From Spirochaetia bacterium (GTDB taxonomy: Bacteria; Spirochaetota; Spirochaetia; CADAEX01): a stretch of 64,000 nt of DNA. A program made the position numbers and the translations under genes. Positions 37,084-47,046 of this stretch are shown here, one piece after another (the stretch's first letter is position 1; every line of letters starts with the position of its first letter). The notes under the pieces were generated by a model, which did no database searches, was not told the DNA's origin, and saw only the letters and a list, made by a program, of their open reading frames with translations. The DNA lies in the NCBI GenBank assembly GCA_963662265.2, contig CAXXHA010000010.1, forward strand, positions 223,595 to 287,594, written 5' to 3'.

Positions 37084-39195
37084 TTACCAGTCTGTATCGG
37101 CAAGTTTTTCAAGTCGGCAGTATTTTTCAAGAAAAACAGCATTCCGGCCTGTCTCAAAAACCACCTTTATACAGTTTTCACCGTTTTTTGGTTCAATGCT
37201 CATTACAACGCCGCTTCCGTAATCATCATGATAAACCCTGTCTCCCCGGGAGTAGGATTCAGATATTGAGGAACTGGAAAATCCGGATGATTCATAAAGT
37301 TCTGAAGGGATTTCAGAGAGAAACCTTGACGGGGAGAAGAAATTTATCTTACCCCATATAAGGCGGCTTCTGCAGGAGGTTATATAAAGCTCTTTTCTCG
37401 CCCTTGTAATACTGACATAGAAGATCCGTCTCTCCTCTTCAATAAGATCTTCAGATTCCATGCTTCTGAACCCGGGGAAAAGCCCCTCTTCCATACCGGT
37501 TATTATTACCCTGTCAAACTCAAGCCCCTTGGTGTTGTGCATTGTTATAAGGGTAACACCTTCATCTTCCTGATTTTCACCTGATGCAAGAGTTGTTCTG
37601 TCAAGTTCAATTTCTTCAAGAAGATTATTCAACCCATCCATGCTGTAGCTGTATTCGGAAGAGTGGTTAACAAGAGCTTCAATATTCTGGACTTTCTGTG
37701 TATCTGAATTCCTGTCAGTTTCCCTGTAATGGTCTGCAAAACCTGACCTTACAGCAACTTTCTTGATAAAGTCGGAAAGGTTTTCCTTTTCATCATCAAA
37801 TCTCATTTCCTCATTCAGATCAGAGATAATCTGAGAAAAGACCTCCATCCCTTTTGCAGCTTTTCCTTTAAGCGAAGGATAAAGAGCGCCTACAGCTTTG
37901 AACAGGTCGCCTCCTGTTTCAAGAGAAGCATTAATTATCTTTTCCTGGCTGCTCTTTCCTATCCCTCTTGAAGGCTTGTTTATTATCCTCTTGAAAGAGA
38001 CAATATCTTTTGTATTAAGAAGAAATGAAAGATATGCCAGAATATCCTTGATCTCCTCCCTGTCGTAGAATTTCAGAGCACCCACAATCCTGTAGGGAAT
38101 TCCAAGCCTCGGGAAAAGAGATTCAAACGCAAGAGACTGGGCATTTGTCCTGTAAAGAACAGCAGTTCTGTTCAGATTGCTTTTATCCAGAAGAGTCGCA
38201 CAGTATGATGCCTCCTCATTCTGGGAATTAAAAACAGAAATTACTGTTTTTGCCCCTCCCTTCTTTCTGGTCCAGAGGGTCTTGCCAAGTCTTCCTGTAT
38301 TGTTGCTGACAACAGCAGATGCTATATCAAGTATATTTTCTGTCGAGCGGTAGTTTTCTTCAAGCTTTATAATTTTCGTGTTTTTGAACGAATCTGGAAA
38401 GGTGAGTATGTTTTTCACCTCAGCACCCCTGAACCGGTATATTGACTGGTCATCATCACCAACAACAGTAAGGTTCTTCCCCTCTCCGCAGAGCTCTTTA
38501 AGCATTTCAAACTGGGCTACATTGGAATCCTGGTACTCATCGACAAGCACATACTTAAACCGCTGTCTCATTCTTTCCCTGATCTCGGGATGATTTTTAA
38601 ACAGGAGATATGGTTTCAATATAAGGTCCCCGAAATCAACATTTCCTATTTTATCAAGCTCTGTCTGATACTTCTGGTACATATCAGGGAAATCAGGATC
38701 AAATGATATGGCTGAAAGATCATCCCCCGGAAGCAGGGCATAATCCTTTGCCCTGCTTATCATGGAGGCATAGGGTTTCAGTTCTTTCTTTGTCCTTGTG
38801 CTGTAAAGCCCCTGAAGAAGTGTGAGTACATCCTCGTCATCGTAAATAGTAAAATTAGGTTCAAGACCTGCATAGTAACTGTTTCGCCTGAGAACCCATG
38901 CACCGAATGAATGGAAAGTTCTTATCATCGGGGGATAGTCAGGTTCTGTGTCTGAATAACTGTGAAGCAGCGCAGAAACTCTTTCATTCATCTCCCTGGC
39001 AGCCTTGTTTGTAAATGTTACAGCAAGAATTGATGATGGGTGGACATTCTGTATATCCATCATATATGCGATTTTTGAAGTTATTACCCTGGTTTTTCCG
39101 GATCCTGCTCCGGCAAGTATAAGCAGGGGTGTATTCATGTGAACAGCAGCATCATACTGCATATCATTAAGTTCTTTAAGATATCCGGGAATCAT
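37084..39195 (-). CDS. pcrA: ATP-dependent DNA helicase PcrA/UvrD
   Basis: LNDMQYDAAVH...LILAGAGSGKTRV, TFTNKAAREM, VLVDEYQDSN, TMHNTKGLEF, YVSITRARKELY. Confidence 0.9.
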   Translation of the reverse strand: MIPGYLKELNDMQYDAAVHMNTPLLILAGAGSGKTRVITSKIAYMMDIQNVHPSSILAVTFTNKAAREMNERVSALLHSYSDTEPDYPPMIRTFHSFGAWVLRRNSYYAGLEPNFTIYDDEDVLTLLQGLYSTRTKKELKPYASMISRAKDYALLPGDDLSAISFDPDFPDMYQKYQTELDKIGNVDFGDLILKPYLLFKNHPEIRERMRQRFKYVLVDEYQDSNVAQFEMLKELCGEGKNLTVVGDDDQSIYRFRGAEVKNILTFPDSFKNTKIIKLEENYRSTENILDIASAVVSNNTGRLGKTLWTRKKGGAKTVISVFNSQNEEASYCATLLDKSNLNRTAVLYRTNAQSLAFESLFPRLGIPYRIVGALKFYDREEIKDILAYLSFLLNTKDIVSFKRIINKPSRGIGKSSQEKIINASLETGGDLFKAVGALYPSLKGKAAKGMEVFSQIISDLNEEMRFDDEKENLSDFIKKVAVRSGFADHYRETDRNSDTQKVQNIEALVNHSSEYSYSMDGLNNLLEEIELDRTTLASGENQEDEGVTLITMHNTKGLEFDRVIITGMEEGLFPGFRSMESEDLIEEERRIFYVSITRARKELYITSCRSRLIWGKINFFSPSRFLSEIPSELYESSGFSSSSISESYSRGDRVYHDDYGSGVVMSIEPKNGENCIKVVFETGRNAVFLEKYCRLEKLADTDW

Positions 39196-39203
39196 ATCCT
39201 GTA

Positions 39204-40544
39204 TCAGTCCTGCACAACTGCTTCGAGATCAACACTGTTTACTTTGACTATTCTGCATTCAACAACCTGTCCCGGAAGGAATACAGTCCCGCCTGAATGA
39301 AGCACGACAAGGCCGTCAATATCAGGGGCATTCATATAACCTCTGCAGAGGAATAACTCCTCACCTTCCACAGCTTCCTCGACAATCACTTTTATATTTT
39401 TCCCAACAAAGCGGGAGAGTCTTTTTTCAGAAATCGAATGCTGAAGTTTTTCCAGATCTTTTTTCTTTTTTTCAGCCCTTTTTACAGAAAGATACCGCCC
39501 TAATGGGTTGCTGAAATTGTATGCGGCAGTGCCCTCTTCCCTTGAATAAACAAAAAAACCTGCCCAGTCAATTTCAGCCTCTTTTATGAATTTTTCGAGA
39601 ATATCAAGATCTTTTCCCGTCTCGCCCGGAAAACCTAGAAGAAAGGTAGACCTGATAACAGCATTATCAAGCTTCTCCCTTATTCCGGCTATAGTCTCCA
39701 GGTATGAAGCGCTGTTCCCGGTCCTTCCCATTTTCCTCAGGATTTTTTCAGAAGCATGCTGGAAAGGGATATCAAAATAGGGAACAATCCGGGGCTCCTT
39801 CCTGCAGATATCCGCAACCCGGATATCGAACCGGTCCGGGTGCATATAGAGGAGCCTTATCCAGAAATCACCTTCAATTTCTGATATTTCCTCAAGAAGG
39901 GGAATCAGCTCGCTTTTTCCGCTGTCTGAACCGAATGAGGCAAGATCCTGAGCAATAAGATTTATTTCAAAAAACCCTTCACTGAGAAGAGTCTTAATCT
40001 CATTCAGCACCTTGTCTTTTTTCCGGCTCTTGAGAGGCCCTTTTATCAGCGGAATGGCACAGTATGAACAGTTGTTGTTGCACCCTTCAGCAATTTTCAC
40101 ATAAGTGCTGCCTGCAAAAGAGAGAAATTCTGTCCTGTTGTCTGCTTCCGGAAGTTCCCTGTCCAGAGAGCTGTCAGCTTCCTCGGGAAAAAAAACCTTC
40201 CCCCCTTTTTCAAAAAAATCAACAGCATCTGTCACTGCTTCAGGATTCCTGTTCCCGAAAATACCGTCAAGCTCTGAGAAACTGTCTGCAAAAGTTTCTC
40301 CATACCTCTGGGCAAGGCATCCTGCCATTATTATCTTCTTATCAGGATAATTTTTTTTAAAGTCGAGAGTTGTGCTTATTGATTCTTCTTTGGCTGGTTT
40401 TATGAAACCGCAGGTATTTACGATTATTATATCTGATTCTTCGACAGAGCAGTATTCCCACCCTTTTTTCTTCAGGGAGGTAATAATCTGCTCAGCATCA
40501 ACCTGGTTTTTGGCACATCCAAGGTTTTCCAAATAAAATTTCAT
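39204..40544 (-). CDS. rimO: Ribosomal protein S12 methylthiotransferase
   Basis: MTTase N-terminal domain (LGCAKNQVDAE), radical SAM CNNNCSYCAIP, C-terminal TRAM domain. Confidence 0.85.
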   Translation of the reverse strand: MKFYLENLGCAKNQVDAEQIITSLKKKGWEYCSVEESDIIIVNTCGFIKPAKEESISTTLDFKKNYPDKKIIMAGCLAQRYGETFADSFSELDGIFGNRNPEAVTDAVDFFEKGGKVFFPEEADSSLDRELPEADNRTEFLSFAGSTYVKIAEGCNNNCSYCAIPLIKGPLKSRKKDKVLNEIKTLLSEGFFEINLIAQDLASFGSDSGKSELIPLLEEISEIEGDFWIRLLYMHPDRFDIRVADICRKEPRIVPYFDIPFQHASEKILRKMGRTGNSASYLETIAGIREKLDNAVIRSTFLLGFPGETGKDLDILEKFIKEAEIDWAGFFVYSREEGTAAYNFSNPLGRYLSVKRAEKKKKDLEKLQHSISEKRLSRFVGKNIKVIVEEAVEGEELFLCRGYMNAPDIDGLVVLHSGGTVFLPGQVVECRIVKVNSVDLEAVVQD

Positions 40545-40545
40545 A

Positions 40546-41700
40546 TTAATACATCGGGACAGAAATTATTGAATTGCTTCCGTCTGAAGCACTGTCCCAT
40601 TTTATATATTTTGCAGCTACCTGGCCGCTGCTTCCTGCAGAATATTCCTGCCCGTTGATATTTATCAGGGCTGATCCCGCATTGGAAAGCCAGAGCCTTA
40701 CTGATTCATTCACATCAAGCCGGAAGGTCTCCCCTTTATGGAAATATCTTTCATCCCTCTGGTTTTCATCCACAAGATACCTCATCAGGCAGTATCCCCT
40801 GAAAACAATGCTCAGGGTAAAAGGCTCAGCCTTTTCTGCTGACAGTATTTTTTCAGTTTTCTGTTTTCTTGAATCGTGATTTGAGGAACCGTTGGGAGTA
40901 CTCACTTCAGATGCAATTCTGGATACTTCGGAAAGCTCCTCAGAGCTGTTGATTTCTGAAGCTGCTATAGATGGAGCTTCTGTCGACCGGTCAAACTTGA
41001 TGACAGCCCCTTTCCCCTTTTTATCTATATCTCTGATTATGATTCTTATATCAGTTTTATTATCGCCGGTCAGATCAAAAAGAGAATCATTGCCTGCAGC
41101 AAGCTCGGCTACCTTGTCTGGAAGACCAAGCTTTACAACACTTCCTATTGAAGAACAGACAACATTGTAAAATTTTCCGTCAAGCGCAATTTTTATAACA
41201 TCGCCTTCTTCAAAACGTCTTTCAATGAAAGCGTCCGACATAGTATATTCACTTCCTGACACAGGAGTATTTTTTTCAGAAATTTTCACATCTTTTTCTT
41301 CTGAACTGCCTGCCTCAACCATTTCCACGCTTTTTTCACCATCATTGCCAAGGAGAAGGAACCCTGCAGCTCCGGCTGCAACTGCCAGCACAGCAATCAG
41401 AACAATAAGAACAGGCGCAGACAACCCTTTTTTCGCAGGTATAAGCTCTTCAGGTACAGGCTGCTCCTGTATTTTTGTGTTTTTATATATTGAAACAATT
41501 TCTTCAGGATCAATATCCAGGTATTCCGCATAAGATCTCAGGAAACCTATAAGATAGGCTTCGCCGGGCATTTCAGAAAAGTTTTCATTCTCAATTGCAT
41601 CAATGTATTTTTTTGAAATATTTGTATCCCTTGCAATCTGTTCAACAAATAATCCTTTTTCTTCTCTTCTTTTTTTAAATTTTTCACCAATTGATTCCAT
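40546..41700 (-). CDS. RodZ-like protein (XRE-type HTH, one TM segment, C-terminal DUF4115-like domain)
   Basis: GEKFKKRREEKGLFVEQIARDTNISKKYIDAIENENF; TM LIVLIAVLAVAAGAAGFLLL; C-terminal beta-rich domain. Confidence 0.7.
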   Translation of the reverse strand: MESIGEKFKKRREEKGLFVEQIARDTNISKKYIDAIENENFSEMPGEAYLIGFLRSYAEYLDIDPEEIVSIYKNTKIQEQPVPEELIPAKKGLSAPVLIVLIAVLAVAAGAAGFLLLGNDGEKSVEMVEAGSSEEKDVKISEKNTPVSGSEYTMSDAFIERRFEEGDVIKIALDGKFYNVVCSSIGSVVKLGLPDKVAELAAGNDSLFDLTGDNKTDIRIIIRDIDKKGKGAVIKFDRSTEAPSIAASEINSSEELSEVSRIASEVSTPNGSSNHDSRKQKTEKILSAEKAEPFTLSIVFRGYCLMRYLVDENQRDERYFHKGETFRLDVNESVRLWLSNAGSALININGQEYSAGSSGQVAAKYIKWDSASDGSNSIISVPMY

Positions 41701-41806
41701 AGTCTTTCCTGTTGTAAATATTTTTCAATTTAGTCCTGTTATTCGCAGGCGGGCCTAATACCCTAAAGAGCAAAATCTATCCCGCTGAAATCAGCAGGGT
41801 TATAGA

Positions 41807-42523
41807 TTAATTCTCCGGTTCAAAAAGAAAATTTTCATAAACATTTGCAGATGCAGGGCCGTCAAATTCAAACCTTGCATCCGGAATATTCTGATTTACA
41901 ATTATATTTGTAAAATCAAACTGAATTTCATTATACTCTTCGTCGTAACCTATCATCCGCCTGATCAGGCCATTTTCCCCTATTGAGAGATCAATCTGCC
42001 TGAAACTTTCATCGGTGGACCGCCAGATAAGTTTGAGCTTGACTACTTTCTCAGAAGACGGATCATCCTCTTCAAGGCTAACCGGTTCAGGACTTTTCAG
42101 ATAAGCTATTGAGTAGTTTCTCTTGAGAAGCTTTAACCCTTCCCTGTTTACTACAGATGCGCCCCCGGCTACCGTACTGTCCTTTTCAATCTTCTGCTCC
42201 ATAATTACACGGTACTGCGGAATATATATAGACAGCTGCTCCCCGTCCAGTGCAAGGACCTGCTCTTTCGGCTCTGTAAAATTAATTCTTATCATGTCGG
42301 GACTCTTGTAAAAGAGTACTCCTGACATATTTGTTTTTTCCCGTTTAATCACGATATCTGCCTGGTAATCTTCAACTACCGCGTAATTTTCAGAAACAGT
42401 ATCGAAATATGCTGTAGCAGTCATAATATCCTGTGAGAATGATACGAAAGATACAGTCAGAAAAATTACTGCTGTTATTATGTATTTAATTAGATTTTTC
42501 ACTCTGTTCATCAACTCTGTCAT
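41807..42523 (-). CDS. LolA-like outer-membrane lipoprotein carrier family protein
   Basis: Signal peptide; about 210 aa mature; ...ADIVIKREKT...LFYKSPDMIRINFTEP fits the LolA/DUF4367-like pattern. Confidence 0.55.
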   Translation of the reverse strand: MTELMNRVKNLIKYIITAVIFLTVSFVSFSQDIMTATAYFDTVSENYAVVEDYQADIVIKREKTNMSGVLFYKSPDMIRINFTEPKEQVLALDGEQLSIYIPQYRVIMEQKIEKDSTVAGGASVVNREGLKLLKRNYSIAYLKSPEPVSLEEDDPSSEKVVKLKLIWRSTDESFRQIDLSIGENGLIRRMIGYDEEYNEIQFDFTNIIVNQNIPDARFEFDGPASANVYENFLFEPEN

Positions 42524-42707
42524 TACTGATTATTTTGCCGATAAGTATTTTCAGCATTTAATATTTCAGGAGCAATATCTGAATTATAACATTAATAATC
42601 TGAATTGAATAATTTCTTATTCAGACTAAAAATATTTGCAGCTATCATATTAATGATGAAATCGAACCGGTCTTTAAACAACATAGTTACTTAAACAATG
42701 CTGTTTG

Positions 42708-45152
42708 TCAAGATAATTGAGATTTTGTTATATTTTCCGCATATTTGAATACAAGATACCTCAGGTGGTCATCATTGAGCTTGAGATATTCCCTGCAGTC
42801 AGGACATGTGAAACGCTGACCTTCAAGCCACTGCATTGCACATTCCACACAGAATATTTTACCGCAGGAGGGACATTTTCCGGCGGGGGAAGCAGGGTCA
42901 GGTTCCCCGACAATTCTGACCGGCTTGTTCATAACAGCGTTCTTAAGAATTTTCCACTCTCTTTCACAGTTTGAACAGGAAAGAACCACTTCCGCCTCTC
43001 TGCATATTCTTGAATAAATCCGGTCATATCTTTCTCTGAGACTCTCCGGGATCTCTTTTTCACTGAGATATTCATTTATCTTTTTATATGCCTCAGTATA
43101 ATCCTGTTTATCACAGAGTCCCTCAATATAGTTGAGAACAACCACAGGATTGAAATCAAGTTCAAGGCTTCTCAGATATGCAGCCTCTGCCCGGGAAAAT
43201 TCCCCTTTCAGCTTTGCGGTATTTCCGATCATATTATAAACAATACTGTCAGGCGTCTTTTCTTCGAGAAGATACAGAAGCTCTTCACATCTGCTCAGCT
43301 TTTCAGACTCATAGCAGACTTCTGCTAGCTTCTTAATTATTTCCATGTTTTCAGGATCATCTTTATAGGCGGATTCAAGATATTCTGAAGCTTCCTCATA
43401 TCTGCCTGATGAAGAGAAGACTTCTCCTTTTCTGATTATTATTTCAGGTGTTTCTTCTACTGTTTCAAGAACAGACAGTGCCTTTTCATAATCTTCAGAC
43501 CTGATAAGGGCTTCGGAGAAATTGAGAACAATATTTAAATCAGATTTTTTTCCAAATGCCTTTTCAAAACACCTTAAAGCTGATTCAAGATTATCCTGTT
43601 CGAGATAAATCACTCCTGCAAGATTATTAATCCATTCATCGTCCGGATCCAGAGAAAGCGCTTTCTCAAGAGCTTCCGAAGGATCAAGAGAAGCTGCAAA
43701 CTGATATTCTGCAAGTCTGAAATAATAAAGCGCAAATCCGCTTTCCATGCTGCAGCTTGTTTTCAGATTTTCAATGCTTTCACTGATTTCGCCTTTTCTG
43801 TACATCAGAAGAGCATTCAGGTAATAGATCTCGCTCTCTGCCTGGCCCTTTTCAATGAGCTTCTCAAATACTTTTTCAGCCTCTTCAAAATTACTGCTGC
43901 TGAAATAAAGCTTGCCCCGTATGCTTTCTACATCAGAATCCTCATACTGACGGCTGTCAAACCATGAGAGAAGATTTTCAACATCCTCCAGGCTGTCCTG
44001 TCTGTAAAAAAGAGACAGAGCTTTCTTATAAAACCCGGCAGCTTCCTCAACATCATCCTGTTCAGAACACTTACCCGCGTTATAAATATACAGAGGATTA
44101 TCAGGATCATATTCCGAAGCTTTCATGTAATACTCAAGCGCTTCGCTGTAACGCCCCAGGAAATATGAAGCATGTCCGTTGAGATCCTGAAAAACAGGAT
44201 TTTTGAAACAGTATTTTTTATTTTTATCGAGGAATTCAAGAAGATCCAGATATCTTCCCTGCTGGTAGAGAAGATTTCCCTTTTCAAGAATAATCATTTC
44301 ATCGCCCGGATCATCACAAAGCGCCCTGTCAAAGCATTTCAGCGCATCATCATACATTCCCAGGTTAAGAAGGATTTCTCCATACAATGTGAAAAAAGAG
44401 GCAGGGAGATCGCTGTCCCCGGTACTCCTGATTATGTTTTCCATCCAGACTGCGGCTGTCTCAAATTTACCCCTCTCAAAGAGCGACTTTGCAAGGCTGT
44501 ATTTCTGGTCTGTACTGATATCATTTTCATCAGAGTATGCTGATTCAACATCGAAACTGACCGAATTGACAAGAAAACGACTGAGACTGACTTCAGAAAG
44601 CTCTGAACTGTCATAATTCTGGCCGCAGAATGTAATATCCCCTTTCCCGATTACCTCATCATGCAGGGAACATACTTTTTCCCCGTTAACATGAAAATTG
44701 AAATATCCGCCAAGTCCGACAATTTTAATAAAAACCTCTTTATCAACATCTGTGCTTAAAGCGGTCCATTCAACCAGGGGCATGGGTTTGCCGTTGAAAA
44801 CACAGTCAATCCTGAAATACCCCCTGTTTGAGACCAGGAAGTAATAATAGTTGAATTCACTCCCTTTTCTGAATATTACACCAGCTGATGTATATGCTCC
44901 TTCTGTTTCAAAACTGAAATCTGCTTCTGCAATGAAATCTGTGCAGCTGAAAAAGCGGCTTTCACACCAGGCGAAAAGGTTCTTTTTCAGGAAGCGGAGA
45001 GTCAGGTTGTGTTTGTGGATTTCTGTAATATAGGAACTGTTTCTTTCAGGAATAAACCTGCTTTTTTTAATTCGGGCAAATTTTTCCTCAGCCTTTTCCT
45101 CTACAGCAATGCCGGGCTCATAGTTGTTATTTTTCTTGAAAAACCAGAACAT
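42708..45152 (-). CDS. Multidomain protein: LamG/DUF1080-like N-terminus, long TPR array, C-terminal 8-Cys zinc finger
   Basis: Repeated 34-aa TPR-like units across residues ~210-690. C-terminus: CSNC-x29-CPSC-x4-CVEC-x11-CPDC. Confidence 0.7.
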   Translation of the reverse strand: MFWFFKKNNNYEPGIAVEEKAEEKFARIKKSRFIPERNSSYITEIHKHNLTLRFLKKNLFAWCESRFFSCTDFIAEADFSFETEGAYTSAGVIFRKGSEFNYYYFLVSNRGYFRIDCVFNGKPMPLVEWTALSTDVDKEVFIKIVGLGGYFNFHVNGEKVCSLHDEVIGKGDITFCGQNYDSSELSEVSLSRFLVNSVSFDVESAYSDENDISTDQKYSLAKSLFERGKFETAAVWMENIIRSTGDSDLPASFFTLYGEILLNLGMYDDALKCFDRALCDDPGDEMIILEKGNLLYQQGRYLDLLEFLDKNKKYCFKNPVFQDLNGHASYFLGRYSEALEYYMKASEYDPDNPLYIYNAGKCSEQDDVEEAAGFYKKALSLFYRQDSLEDVENLLSWFDSRQYEDSDVESIRGKLYFSSSNFEEAEKVFEKLIEKGQAESEIYYLNALLMYRKGEISESIENLKTSCSMESGFALYYFRLAEYQFAASLDPSEALEKALSLDPDDEWINNLAGVIYLEQDNLESALRCFEKAFGKKSDLNIVLNFSEALIRSEDYEKALSVLETVEETPEIIIRKGEVFSSSGRYEEASEYLESAYKDDPENMEIIKKLAEVCYESEKLSRCEELLYLLEEKTPDSIVYNMIGNTAKLKGEFSRAEAAYLRSLELDFNPVVVLNYIEGLCDKQDYTEAYKKINEYLSEKEIPESLRERYDRIYSRICREAEVVLSCSNCEREWKILKNAVMNKPVRIVGEPDPASPAGKCPSCGKIFCVECAMQWLEGQRFTCPDCREYLKLNDDHLRYLVFKYAENITKSQLS

Positions 45153-45200
45153 ATCAGTTAGTAATTATTTCTCCAGATCATAGGATTATCCAATAATAAG

Positions 45201-45938
45201 CTATTCAATCTCTTTAGACAATTGCTTTATTCTGTCACGGAGCTCTGCAGCTTTTTCAAAGTCCTCAGATTCAACAGCAGCCAGAAGCTCTCTTTTCATA
45301 CAATCGATTGAATCTGATTTACAGTAGCCCAGCTGTTTAAGAGCTGTTTCCAGGTAATTTATGGAACGGCTTTTTTCCATAAGAAAGATGGAAGAGTCAA
45401 CTTCAGGCAGAGATTTCAGCGTAACAATCGCCGATTCCAGAATATCCCTGGCAAGTTCTTTTACATTTTTCTGAAGAGAAATCATTGCACGGGATATTGC
45501 ATTCATTTTAACGATGAAAGGGCGGTACTGAAGAATACTGATTCTGAACTTATTGTCTGAGCTGTAGGTTTCAGTCAGATCACAGATTTTCAGATTATGC
45601 TCCGTATCTCTGACAACCCTCCCGAAATCGCTTATCTGGAAACAGAGAAGATAACGGTAATAAAACATCCTTGCTTCCTTATCAAGAAGCTCGAGATCTT
45701 TATCAGTAAGAATAAATTCTTTTTCCGAAACATCCAGCCTGTTCTGTATCTGATCCAGAACAGTATCAAACCCCATGTATTTGCTGCCGTCAGGCCTTCC
45801 TTCGAGGACAAATTCACTTATCCCCATCATTTCCCTGACCTGCATCACAGGATTTCCGCGGCTGTCATTTATTATCCTGATGTTTTTAGTGGAATCATAT
45901 TTCCAATCATCAAGAAGCTTCCTTATACTCTGTGACAA
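45201..45938 (-). CDS. UvrB/UvrC-motif (UVR domain) containing protein
   Basis: C-terminal MKRELLAAVESEDFEKAAELRDRIKQL is a UVR motif; 245 aa. Confidence 0.65.
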   Translation of the reverse strand: MSQSIRKLLDDWKYDSTKNIRIINDSRGNPVMQVREMMGISEFVLEGRPDGSKYMGFDTVLDQIQNRLDVSEKEFILTDKDLELLDKEARMFYYRYLLCFQISDFGRVVRDTEHNLKICDLTETYSSDNKFRISILQYRPFIVKMNAISRAMISLQKNVKELARDILESAIVTLKSLPEVDSSIFLMEKSRSINYLETALKQLGYCKSDSIDCMKRELLAAVESEDFEKAAELRDRIKQLSKEIE

Positions 45939-46118
45939 TTAAATTCACCCCATCTTTATCATCTCTTTCCGAAAACAATATCCTCTATATGAATTTATTG
46001 TTAATAAATCAAAAAGTAAAGTGATTTCTGTATATAGTTGTAAGTTCTTAACATTCTCTCAACTCATGCAGCCCGGCTGCTTATTGATGAATTGAGACCT
46101 TCTTTATATAATAATTTT

Positions 46119-46814
46119 ATGGTTAAAGTAATATCATTAGGGGGCTCTATTGTTGCCCCGGAACAGGTTGATACAGCCTTTTTAAAAGAATTTCATTCAC
46201 TGATAAAGAAATATCTTGAGGAAGATAAAAGCAGAAAACTCATCCTTGTAATTGGAGGAGGGGGACCTGCAAGAAGCTATCAGAAAGCATACAGGGAAAT
46301 TGCCGATACACCATCCAGCGACAGGCAGGATTGGATCGGCATTGCAGCAACAAGGCTTAACGGAGAACTTCTCAAGTCTGTATTCGGTGAATTCTGTAAG
46401 AATGCTGTTGTTGCAGATCCTACAGCTGTAAAGGAATTCAATGACAGAATTCTTGTGGCTGCCGGATGGAAACCCGGATTCTCAACAGATTTCGATGCAG
46501 TTCTTCTCGCGGAAAAATTCAATGCGAAAACTGTAATCAATCTCTCAAACATTTCAAAGGTTTATTCTGAAGATCCTAAAATCAATCCATCGGCAGTTCC
46601 AATGGATAAGATGAACTGGGGAGAATTCAAAAAGCTTGTCGGTGAAGAATGGATACCAGGCAAAAATGTTCCGTTTGATCCTGTAGCAACAAAAAAAGCG
46701 GCTGAACTCGGCATGCAGGTTATTGTTGCAGGCGGCAGGGACATACAGAACCTTGATCTGATCCTTCAGGACAGACACGATGAGATTGAAGGGACTCTTA
46801 TAGGTCCGGAATAG
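46119..46814 (+). CDS. pyrH: Amino-acid-kinase-fold protein, archaeal-type UMP kinase-like
   Basis: MVKVISLGGSIVAPE...LILVIGGGGPAR...GWKPGFSTDFDAVLLAE...VIVAGG. ATG at 46119 is preferred to the TTG at 46092. Confidence 0.65.
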   Translation: MVKVISLGGSIVAPEQVDTAFLKEFHSLIKKYLEEDKSRKLILVIGGGGPARSYQKAYREIADTPSSDRQDWIGIAATRLNGELLKSVFGEFCKNAVVADPTAVKEFNDRILVAAGWKPGFSTDFDAVLLAEKFNAKTVINLSNISKVYSEDPKINPSAVPMDKMNWGEFKKLVGEEWIPGKNVPFDPVATKKAAELGMQVIVAGGRDIQNLDLILQDRHDEIEGTLIGPE

Positions 46815-46871
46815 GAAACTCAGGAGATAGAATCTAAGACTCTTAAACTGCAGTAAATCCACGGTATTCAG

Positions 46872-46905
46872 CAGCCTGTATAATTTATTTTATGCAGGCT
46901 GTTTT
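46872..46905 (+). terminator. Probable terminator after the pyrH-like gene
   Basis: CAGCCTG...CAGGCTG stem (7 bp, 16-nt loop) followed by TTTT. Confidence 0.5.
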
Positions 46906-46910
46906 GCATA

Positions 46911-47046
46911 CAGGACGTATGCATGCCGGGCTGGCATGGACGCCCGTTAACGAGGCGAATGACAGGATGTCATTCCCGCAAGGGGACAGGTGTATACCGG
47001 GCTGGCATGGACGCCCGCAAACGAGGTATATGACAGGAGATCATCC
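46911..47046. repeat. Two tandem copies of a GC-rich unit of about 71 nt, with the perfect 21-nt core CCGGGCTGGCATGGACGCCCG
   Basis: Core at 46926-46946 and 46997-47017. Over 46926-46975 versus 46997-47046 I count 42/50 identities. Confidence 0.8.

Noticed and set aside
46911-47046. Possible CRISPR array, suggested by the tandem repeats
   Set aside because: There are only two diverged copies with a 71-nt period, no repeat-spacer alternation, and no cas genes in the window.
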